Source: a bacterium (GTDB taxonomy: Bacteria > SAR324 > NAC60-12). Taken from it: 64,000 nucleotides of DNA. The DNA is taken from assembly GCA_965209155.1 (NCBI GenBank), contig OZ242383.1, forward strand, positions 3,456,001-3,520,000, given 5' to 3'. Position numbers and translations under genes: made by a program. Of the stretch, positions 9,397 through 19,263 are shown one piece after another (positions within the stretch are counted from its first letter, which is position 1; the number at the start of each line of letters is the position of its first letter). The notes below the pieces were generated by a model. The model was not told the origin of the DNA, did not search any database, and saw only the letters and a program-made list of their open reading frames with translations.

Positions 9397-10623
9397 TCAT
9401 ACGAAGATTGGTAGCGCACTCGTTGCAGTTTGCCAAAGAGGTGCTTCTGCGCACGAGTAGTTGTAAATTTCACACCCATCCACAGCAGATGCTACCAAAC
9501 CTGCGGGATTTTCAATGCTTCCTTCGGCTTGAAACACCTCTGGAAGGAAAGCTTTAGTTGTTGGATGACTGGGTTGAAAGACTGTACAGCAGTCCGGAAA
9601 ATCCTGGATGCTGATCGGGTAAGTGCCAATCCTGCGAGAAAGGCGGGTGATTTCGTTTTTATCCATACCAATCAAAGGACGTAACACCGGATAGGCGGCA
9701 TTTTCAGTTGTGCTGACCAAATTGCACAATGTTTGACTGGCGACTTGAGACAATGCGTCTCCTGTGACGATTGCCTGCGCATTTTCTTTTTTTGCAATTT
9801 CATTGGCAATTAAATTCATGAATCGGCGATAAAGGATCGTTCTGAATTTTTCTGGTGTTTGCTTCCTGATACATTTTTGAATTTCAGCAAACGGAGCCAC
9901 GTAAAGTCGACTGGCAGGTTGGTATGCGCTGAGCTGCCTGACCAGATCAATCACTTTTTCCTTCGTTTGCTCTCCAATTAAAGGGAAGCTGTGAAAATAC
10001 AGGAAAATAACCCGGCATCCCCTTTTCATGATCATCCAAGAAGCCACTGGACTGTCGATTCCTCCGCTGATCATTGAAATCACCCGTTCCTTGTCGTTGA
10101 CGGGCAAACCTCCTGTACCTTCAATTTTTTCAGTATAAACCACTCCTTTATTTTCCCAAATTTCTATACCCACGTCAAGTAGTGGATCCTTCAATTGCAC
10201 TTTCAAGAGAGGGAATGCTTTCAAAAGGGAGGCGCCCACCCGAGATTCGAGTTCCATGGAGACAAGGGGAAAGTCCTTATTGGCTCTTTTGGCCGACACT
10301 CTGAATGTGAGAGGTCTGAATGCGCATGACTTTATTTTTTCAGAAACCAGTTCCTGGCAGGCCGAAATCAACGCATCTTCGTTCAATGGAGTGGAAACAA
10401 CAGGGCTGAAATTGGCAATTCCAGGGATCTTCCGCAAGACTTCAATCGATTGCTCGAGTTCACCGTCGCTGTGAATTTCAAGACGTCCCAGTCTTTTACG
10501 CACCGTATTTTCCCCTGAAGATTTCAAATGCATCCTTATGTTTTGAGCCAGCCGATTCTCGAAGCTTCGACGATTTCTTCCCTTTATCCCGATTTCTGAA
10601 TATCGTATGACAATCGAATGCAT
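9397..10623 (-). CDS. thiI: tRNA 4-thiouridine(8) synthase ThiI, no rhodanese domain
   Basis: RYSEIGIKGRNR, THUMP domain, SGGIDSPVA PP-loop, SQVASQTL, DCC. Confidence 0.94.
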   Translation of the reverse strand: MHSIVIRYSEIGIKGRNRRSFENRLAQNIRMHLKSSGENTVRKRLGRLEIHSDGELEQSIEVLRKIPGIANFSPVVSTPLNEDALISACQELVSEKIKSCAFRPLTFRVSAKRANKDFPLVSMELESRVGASLLKAFPLLKVQLKDPLLDVGIEIWENKGVVYTEKIEGTGGLPVNDKERVISMISGGIDSPVASWMIMKRGCRVIFLYFHSFPLIGEQTKEKVIDLVRQLSAYQPASRLYVAPFAEIQKCIRKQTPEKFRTILYRRFMNLIANEIAKKENAQAIVTGDALSQVASQTLCNLVSTTENAAYPVLRPLIGMDKNEITRLSRRIGTYPISIQDFPDCCTVFQPSHPTTKAFLPEVFQAEGSIENPAGLVASAVDGCEIYNYSCAEAPLWQTATSALPIFV

Positions 10624-10754
10624 AGTGTTTTATTTTTTTGTTAAAACGAGTGAAAAACGATTTTGCGTTGGAACCGTTTCCGGAGAGGAAATCGAAATTG
10701 GACTTTCATGCTGCTTATTCAGCAGTGCGCTTCTTTTAAAAGACTGTCAGACTG

Positions 10755-10903
10755 CGTGAAGGAAAAACTAATGCCGGCATGTCTGAAGATTTTCGAAATT
10801 CTGCTTGCTGCAGGTTAGTGCTGAGTCCTTACAGCGGAAGGATGCCTGATATATTCACCAATACATAAAATTTGAACCCTATACTCAAGACATGCCGGTC
10901 ACG
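10755..10903 (+). ncRNA. Candidate long-hairpin structured RNA (6S/SsrS-like); strand uncertain
   Basis: Nested pairings: CGTGA/TCACG, CCGGCATGTCT (10774-84) with AGACATGCCGG (10888-98), CAGG/CCTG, TCCTT/AAGGA. Large internal bubble; no convincing ORF. Confidence 0.3.
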
Positions 10904-10911
10904 AGACCTTG

Positions 10912-11067
10912 TCAGTCAGTTTTGATTTTGGGTCCCTTCTCGGGAAGAAAATTCAACAGTTGAGCTCCAAGTCCGATAAAAATATAAGTCATCACGATTC
11001 CAGGAACAGTGGCAATCACGAATATCCAGGGAAAAAGAAAGATGTAAAAAACAGCTTCTGGCATCAT
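10912..11067 (-). CDS. Small hydrophobic membrane protein (51 aa), not in the ORF track
   Basis: MMPEAVFYIFLFPWIFVIATVPGIVMTYIFIGLGAQLLNFLPEKGPKIKTD*; co-oriented with the surrounding genes. Confidence 0.5.
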   Translation of the reverse strand: MMPEAVFYIFLFPWIFVIATVPGIVMTYIFIGLGAQLLNFLPEKGPKIKTD

Positions 11068-11167
11068 AATCGATTCTCAAATAAAATTTCACTCACACAT
11101 TTGAACTGTAATCTAATAACATATGTTTTGTACAATCTCAACCCGGAATCAAAATGAATTTGCCTGC

Positions 11168-11794
11168 TCAATTGATGGTTCCGATATTGCCTTCCATTCC
11201 TGGTAGATAAGCCATCTCTAAAAGTGCAATCAAATCCTCCAACCGGGTTGAGACGTCATGTGATTCGAGCAGGGTTTGCTTTTCCAGAAAATTAAACTCC
11301 AGGTTCATGGATAAAACGTTGACCAGCTGGTGAACGGGAATCTTTTCGACTTTATCCCAGTCAATGCGCAGATTTCGTTGTTCCAAGTAATGTTTAAACG
11401 TTTCATAAAGCGGTTTTTTATTCAAAACGGGAGTTTCTTCCCGGAGATCGTGGAGGAAATGGGAATAAGCCACTTTTGCTATGCGATAAAGGGTTTCGGT
11501 TTGAAGCTCTTCCTCGATTTGAAAACGCACTTCTCCTTGTAATCGGATCAAATAGTTACCATTGGGCAGTTGGCGGAAATGTTCCATCTGACCCAGGCAA
11601 CCGATTTTGTAAAGCTCCTCTGTATTCATACTGACAGGCTGGATCATTCCGATATACGGACGTTCCTCTATGCAATTTTCGACCATTTGGCGGTATCTGG
11701 GCTCAAATATGTGCAGTGGTAGAATATTTCCTGGCAATAAAATGGTGCCCATCAAGGGAAAAAGAGCGATAGTTTCAGGAAGATCGGAACTCAT
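11168..11794 (-). CDS. LON peptidase substrate-binding domain protein
   Basis: IALFPL..ILLPG..LPLHIFEPRYRQMV, IGCLG, EKQTLLE. Confidence 0.9.
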   Translation of the reverse strand: MSSDLPETIALFPLMGTILLPGNILPLHIFEPRYRQMVENCIEERPYIGMIQPVSMNTEELYKIGCLGQMEHFRQLPNGNYLIRLQGEVRFQIEEELQTETLYRIAKVAYSHFLHDLREETPVLNKKPLYETFKHYLEQRNLRIDWDKVEKIPVHQLVNVLSMNLEFNFLEKQTLLESHDVSTRLEDLIALLEMAYLPGMEGNIGTIN

Positions 11795-11821
11795 CTTTCT
11801 TGGAATCAGGGAACAGGTTTT

Positions 11822-12958
11822 TTAAGAACTCATTGAGCAACCAGAAGAAAATTGTTGTTGATATCGTTGCGTCATGAAGTGGTCCAGTTCTCCATCCGTT
11901 TTTGGATGAACGGGCATGGCATGCCGCCAGATTGGCTCTTTTTCCATGCACAAATAGACTGTCACTCGAGGGGCAACTCGATGAATTTTTTTCCGTACGG
12001 TTTGAAACATTTTTTGACGAATTTTTTTTAAATAACGCATTTTTCCATCTTCACCCTTGACAAATTCTCCAAGGAAAAGAGTACTTTTTGGAAAGCGTTC
12101 CTCAACCACCGTCTTCAATTTCGGGATATATCGCAACGTTCCGAGACTGATCCAGGCAATGTTTTCAGGAGGAATGACGCTCAACAATTGATCCACCAAT
12201 TCCGAATAGTCTTTGTTCCATCCGCAATAATAGATCATTGGGTCCAGGTGAAAAGCAACTTTATAACCTGCCTCGATGACTTGTGATGCTGCTTGCAATC
12301 GTTCATGAAGTCTGGCGGTCTTATGTTCTTCACGCGCCACAACGGTTGCAGGATTAATGGACCAGGCAATCACAGTGTTTCCCTGGTGAGCCAAATCCAA
12401 CAAGTGACTGACATGATGTGATTTCGTTTTCAATTCAAGAATCGCATTGTTCAATTGTCCGAAAAATGGAATGACTTGCTGATTGATTTCCAGAAGGGGG
12501 TCCAGTGCCAGACTGTCGGAATGCTCTCCCGTGCCTATTCGAAAGAGTCTCATTGGTTGAGAAGCGACACGTCGACGGACGTGCTCTAAAATTTCATCAA
12601 TATTCGCATGGACGGTAATCACCGGTTTGTTCAAGAATGCCTGCAATATGCAATACGTACATTCAAGGGGGCAATTCTCGATAAAGTCAATGGTTAAATA
12701 ATTACAGCAAACCGCTCCGGCAGTAGTTCCCGGACATGGTTTGACCGGCATTCCCGCAAAATATTTTAAATGCAGAGTCTTTTTTCCCCGGGTGAGTGGA
12801 TTGATTGCCGGATCGAATGACACTTCATCTTTATGCCACGTGAAATTTTCTACGATTGCAAAGGGCACCTCAGGAAACTTGTTCAGAATCCTCCGGGTCA
12901 GGGAGGTATGCAATACTGCTTTGTCGACTATGATTCGTTCAGGTACGTAGACTGTCAT
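11822..12958 (-). CDS. Spore photoproduct lyase-like radical SAM protein
   Basis: CPLECTYC CX3CX2C motif, RIGTGEHSDSL, LELKTKS, DGKMRY, YLCME. Confidence 0.85.
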   Translation of the reverse strand: MTVYVPERIIVDKAVLHTSLTRRILNKFPEVPFAIVENFTWHKDEVSFDPAINPLTRGKKTLHLKYFAGMPVKPCPGTTAGAVCCNYLTIDFIENCPLECTYCILQAFLNKPVITVHANIDEILEHVRRRVASQPMRLFRIGTGEHSDSLALDPLLEINQQVIPFFGQLNNAILELKTKSHHVSHLLDLAHQGNTVIAWSINPATVVAREEHKTARLHERLQAASQVIEAGYKVAFHLDPMIYYCGWNKDYSELVDQLLSVIPPENIAWISLGTLRYIPKLKTVVEERFPKSTLFLGEFVKGEDGKMRYLKKIRQKMFQTVRKKIHRVAPRVTVYLCMEKEPIWRHAMPVHPKTDGELDHFMTQRYQQQFSSGCSMSS

Positions 12959-12963
12959 ACGGT

Positions 12964-13887
12964 TCAATGCGAATGAAAATAACTATGGGCCTCTTCAATG
13001 TCCATCTCGATTTGTTCTTTCAAGGCATACACGCTAGGAAATTTTTTTTCTCTTCGTATTTGTTTCAATGGCCAGATTTCCAATTTTTCCCCATAAATCT
13101 CTTTGCAAAAATCAAAGATAAACGTTTCCACCATCTGTTCTTGCTGTCCAAAAGTGGGACGGATACCGATATTGGTGATCCCTTGATACATTTGCTCTCG
13201 TACTTGCGCTTGGGTGATATAGACTCCGCTGTTCAGGGGAATTTTGATTTGTGGAGAAATATTAGCAGTGGGAAATCCGAGCCGGCGACCTCGTTGTTCC
13301 CCTTTTTCGACAGAAGCATAGATACTATAGGGTCTTCCCAGAAATTGTGGAACTTCCTCAAACCGATTTTCCCCAATCAATTGACGAATCAAAGTGCTAC
13401 TGACGGTTTGCCTGCCAACTTGAATGGGGGCGATTTCTTCAAGCTCAAAACGATTTTCCCTGCTGAAACTTTTCAGTAATTCCGCATTGCCGCTTCGTTT
13501 CTTACCAAAATGAAAATCATGCCCAATCAACAATTTGACAGGTTTGAAACGATTGATGAGAAATTCACGCGCGAATTCCTCTGCTGAAAGTTTTGAAAAT
13601 TCGGCAGTGAAGTGAATGATGTAAACCGCATCCAATCCCATCTCTTCCAAAAGACGATTTCTCAATTCGGGGGTACAAATTTTGGCAATCGCCTTTTGGG
13701 GATGGAGCACTTCTTGAGGGTGAGGTTCAAAGGTTATCAAGAGACTGCAACAGCGGCGTTGCCTCGCTTCATCCACTACCTTGCGGATGATGAACTGGTG
13801 TCCCAGATGCATACCATCAAAATTCCCAATGGTTAAAATCACCGGTTCATGAGTAGAGAAATCTTCTCGAAAACGAACAAATTCCAT
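12964..13887 (-). CDS. ribF: Bifunctional riboflavin kinase/FAD synthetase
   Basis: TIGNFDGMHLGHQ, VSSTLIR, GRRLGFPTAN, GIRPTF, IRREKKF. Start set at MEFVRF. Confidence 0.96.
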   Translation of the reverse strand: MEFVRFREDFSTHEPVILTIGNFDGMHLGHQFIIRKVVDEARQRRCCSLLITFEPHPQEVLHPQKAIAKICTPELRNRLLEEMGLDAVYIIHFTAEFSKLSAEEFAREFLINRFKPVKLLIGHDFHFGKKRSGNAELLKSFSRENRFELEEIAPIQVGRQTVSSTLIRQLIGENRFEEVPQFLGRPYSIYASVEKGEQRGRRLGFPTANISPQIKIPLNSGVYITQAQVREQMYQGITNIGIRPTFGQQEQMVETFIFDFCKEIYGEKLEIWPLKQIRREKKFPSVYALKEQIEMDIEEAHSYFHSH

Positions 13888-13927
13888 GGATCGCGCCTGA
13901 ACTGATTGCAGATTCCCGTATACCTTT

Positions 13928-14098
13928 CGTGAATCAGGAGTTAAAAAACGTGTCATTTCTGGCTTGACCAGGAATCCAGGGGGATACGGGCGATATTTTG
14001 GATGCCGGATCATCCCGGACTTGATCCGGGACCAGCATGACAAGTCCTAATGATACAATTATTGATTTTATAAAATAAATTTCAACTCCTGATTCGCA
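13928..14098. mobile_element. MITE-like element with internal REP-type palindromes, copy 1
   Basis: Terminal IR GAATCAGGAGTT/AACTCCTGATTC; flanking 9-bp direct repeat TATACCTTT (13919-27, 14099-107); homologous to 22599-22753. Confidence 0.8.
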
Positions 14099-14221
14099 TA
14101 TACCTTTTAAAAATGGATTGAAATAAAAGCATTAAATGAATCGGTATGAACCCGCGGGTAAGATCATCAAAATAGCGGAAAATGAGCGAGTACACAACTG
14201 GAAAGAATAAGAAATACGATT

Positions 14222-15775
<1,554 letters not shown>

Positions 15776-15779
<4 letters not shown>

Positions 15780-16765
15780 AAAATTTTCCCAAAATCACGT
15801 TGCAGCAATTTCGCGGCATCTTTTGCGAAATAGGAAAGGACCATGTCGGCTCCCGCACGTTTGATGGCGACGAGAATTTCCATCATTGCCAGTTCACGGT
15901 CTACCCAGCCCTTTTCCGCAGCCGCTTCGATCATTGAATACTCACCAGAAACATTGTATGCGGCAATCGGCATATCGAAAACCGAACGTGCTTGAGCAAT
16001 GACGTCCAGACAGGATAGTGCGGGTTTGATCATAATCACGTCCGCCCCCTCCTCGATATCCAGGGTGAGTTCACGCATGGCTTCGCGAACGTTGGCGGGA
16101 TCCATCTGGTAGGTCTTCTTGTCCCCTTTTTTAGGAGCAGAATCCAAGGCACCGCGAAAGGGGGCATAAAAACAGGAAGCATACTTTGCAGAGTAGGCCA
16201 GGATTCCCACTCGATGAAATCCAGCTTCATCCAGGGATTGACGAATTGCGCCGATTCGTCCGTCCATCATGTCCGACGGGGCCACCCAATCCACTCCTGC
16301 CTCTGCATGTGAAATCGCCATACGACAAAGCACCTCCACGGTCTCATCGTTGACGATTTCATCCCCTACGACCAATCCGTCATGACCATGACAGGTATAA
16401 GGATCGAGGGCGATATCCGTTTGCACGCACAATTCGGGAAGGGATTCCTTGAGGACCCGAACAGCTTTTTGTACCAAGCCATTGGGATCATAAGCTTTGC
16501 TCGCTCGCTCGTCTTTTTCGCTTGAATACCCAAATAAATTTACGGCACCTACTCCAAGATCCAACACTTCCTGACATTCCCGTACCAATTCATCGACAGA
16601 AAGGCGGAATTGTCCGGGCATCGTTGAGATGGGATCACGCACATTTGTTCCTTCAGCAACGAACATGGGATAAATCAGATCTGCCGGCTGCAACTGAGTT
16701 TCTCTTACTAATCCACGGATGGCTGCCGTTTGTCGCATACGGCGGGGTCGGTGTATCAAATTCAT
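15776..16765 (-). CDS. hemB: Porphobilinogen synthase
   Basis: RPRRMR, YTCHGHDG, APSDMMDGR, SAKYAS, KKTYQMDP, IKPAL, AYNVSGEY. Confidence 0.97.
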
Positions 16766-17123
16766 AACAGTCCTGTTTTTTAAAAATATAAATAGATTTG
16801 ATATTCAGGCTTCGCAAGTACTCGACATGAATGATACTCACTGCGGAAAAATGTAACCAGTTGGCCTTAAAGAGACAAGAAAATCCCTGTTTTCCGTCAT
16901 ATTTATTTCCACTCAATTTACAATATCCAGGAAAAAGGCACAACTCGTCAATTATACACAAGAGAGCCCTTGCGGCTTTTTCAGATTCAGATAAGATCAA
17001 TAGCTTGGAAGCTTTCCTGCCGTGAACGGTTAAGTGATTCATCCGTGAGAATCGTACAAATCTCAACAAACACCTTCCCAATAATTTTATCGAGGCACGA
17101 GGTACAGTAGAATCAGGAATAGT

Positions 17124-17927
17124 ATGTCACCTTTGATTTTTATCAGCAATGACGATGGCATCCATTCGCCCGGACTGAAGGCCGCGGCCGAAGCGGTTCA
17201 CACCCTGGGAGACGTTTTAATTGTTGCTCCCAGTGAGCAACAGTCTGGAACGGGTGGCAGCGTTAAGGGAAACAGGGAAGAATTTCTCAGACCGATAAAT
17301 TTTGCCGTCAATGGTCAATCCTTAATGGCCTATCATTGTGATTGTTCTCCAGGTCTTACCTTTCTGCATGGAATGGCGGTTTTATGCCGGGACCGCCTAC
17401 CCGATTTGGTCATTTCCGGTTTCAATTACGGAGTGAATCTGAGTTCTGGTATTACCGGTTCAGGAACGGTTGGAGTGGGCTTCCACGCGGCAATCCATGG
17501 TTTACCTGCCTTGGCCGTTTCTCTTGAAGTAGAACACCAGTTTCTTTTCAATTATGGAGAGGTGGATTGGAGCGCAGCCATCCATTTCACTCGATATTTT
17601 GCTGAAATTATTCTTGCCAGGAAAATGCCGGCAGGGGTCGATATACTAAAAATCGACATTCCTGCAAATGCAACGTCAGTCACTCCCTGGAAAGTGACGC
17701 GGCTTTCCAGAACCCCTTATTTTGTCTATTCCATTCCCTGCCCAACACCGCAAAGCCGGATAGGAGACGCCCTGACGACAACCGTTGAAAAAGAGCAAAT
17801 TGAAAAAGGTTCTGACGTTGATGCCGTCTTTGTGGAAAAAGTGATTTCCGTCACCCCATTGACCATCGATTGCACTGCGAATGCTGCTCCCGGCAGCGTT
17901 CATGACTCCCTTTCCATCCAGCTCTGA
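17124..17927 (+). CDS. surE: 5'/3'-nucleotidase SurE
   Basis: ISNDDGIHSPG, VAPSEQQSGTG, DLVISGFNYGVN, SGTVG, ISVTPL. Confidence 0.92.
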   Translation: MSPLIFISNDDGIHSPGLKAAAEAVHTLGDVLIVAPSEQQSGTGGSVKGNREEFLRPINFAVNGQSLMAYHCDCSPGLTFLHGMAVLCRDRLPDLVISGFNYGVNLSSGITGSGTVGVGFHAAIHGLPALAVSLEVEHQFLFNYGEVDWSAAIHFTRYFAEIILARKMPAGVDILKIDIPANATSVTPWKVTRLSRTPYFVYSIPCPTPQSRIGDALTTTVEKEQIEKGSDVDAVFVEKVISVTPLTIDCTANAAPGSVHDSLSIQL

Positions 17928-18086
17928 CGTCTCCACGGCTCATTGCGTTATTGGCGAAAATCTGGTAGGCCAATTATGGAATTGCGGAAAAATGGAATGG
18001 CAGGAGGCTCATTCTCGGAGGCTCAGGCGGCACAACGTCTGCTCTGCAATGCCGAAACGATCACGCATCTTTTTGACAGAACCACT

Positions 18087-19196
18087 TTACAAACGTAGTA
18101 ACAAAACAAGAGTTATTAAAAAAACCAGTCCCGACAAAAAAAGAACCCACTGATTGTTTCGTCGAATACTCTGATTGGGGGGCAACAGAAGGGCAGGGTC
18201 CACCCCTTGCGCCCCTTTTTCCCAAAGGAGTGTTTGTTCCCGGAATAATTGGATCAGACGAGGATGCGTTTCCAATGCCGGGAGACGATAAGGTGTGATC
18301 TGGAAAGAACGGACCAAATCAAAATAGATGTGGTCGACTTCGTATAGGGTTTCCAACTGGTCATTAACGAAACTGAGAGGAATGAAAAGAATGGCCCGCA
18401 CCTCGCTTTCACCGAGCTCTTTGATCATTTCATCGGTATAGGGTTGTAACCATTTTGCGGGTCCAATCCGGCTTTGAAAGCAAAGTTCGAATTGCCACTG
18501 GTCAAAGTTTTTACGCAATGCTTCCACCGAAGCAATCAATTCCATTAAATAGGGATCACCTCGCTCCACGTAGGATTGTGGAATGCCATGCGCAGAGCAC
18601 AAAATACGAGTGCTGAATGGATCCAGTTTGTGCTTTGTCAATGCTTTTTGCAACTGCTGCGACAATCCGGAGATATAGTCCGGATGTTGCCCATAGGATC
18701 GCAATGCGCGGATTTCCCCTGAAAAACCCATTTTTTTCAGTTCGCCGCAAAACTGCTCTATGGATGAGCCGGTCGTGGTGCGGGAATAGTGAGGATATAG
18801 GGGAATGAGGAAAATGTCGTTGACGTGATCCTGTAATATTTGTCGAACCACTCGTGTTGCATTTCCCGGAATATAACGATGGACGGCATACACGCTCGTT
18901 GTGGAATTCCGTTCTTCCAATGCCGCACGCAAATGAAGCCGTTGCTGCTCCGTGGATGTCACAATGGGCGATTTCCCGCCAATTGCTTCGTATTGCTGAA
19001 CAACCACGGGTGAGCGCTTATTGGCAACAAGACGAGCGAGCATGTTTTGTAACCACAAGGGAATCGGTAACTGAATCGTGTGGGGATCCCTTAAAATCTC
19101 ATATAAAAAATCAGGAATTTCCTGCAAACTCCGGGGACCCCCAAAATTCAGCAATACAACTGCTTTTCGCACGGTTTCGGCGTCACTGTCCGACAT
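18087..19196 (-). CDS. hemH: Ferrochelatase with C-terminal hydrophobic tail
   Basis: LLNFGGP, YEAIGGKSPI, PLYPHYSRTTTGSS, SAHGIP, QSRIGPAKWLQPYT, ETLYEVD. Confidence 0.94.
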   Translation of the reverse strand: MSDSDAETVRKAVVLLNFGGPRSLQEIPDFLYEILRDPHTIQLPIPLWLQNMLARLVANKRSPVVVQQYEAIGGKSPIVTSTEQQRLHLRAALEERNSTTSVYAVHRYIPGNATRVVRQILQDHVNDIFLIPLYPHYSRTTTGSSIEQFCGELKKMGFSGEIRALRSYGQHPDYISGLSQQLQKALTKHKLDPFSTRILCSAHGIPQSYVERGDPYLMELIASVEALRKNFDQWQFELCFQSRIGPAKWLQPYTDEMIKELGESEVRAILFIPLSFVNDQLETLYEVDHIYFDLVRSFQITPYRLPALETHPRLIQLFREQTLLWEKGAQGVDPALLLPPNQSIRRNNQWVLFLSGLVFLITLVLLLRL

Positions 19197-19263
19197 GATT
19201 TTCTCTGAATTCGAGCAGACGACCTTAAAAAGCGTTCAGACTCCGTTGAGAAGTTTTAAGATT

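Noticed and set aside
13888..14043. N-terminal extension of RibF in the ORF track
   Set aside because: Mostly translation through the MITE; homology begins at MEFVRF (13887).
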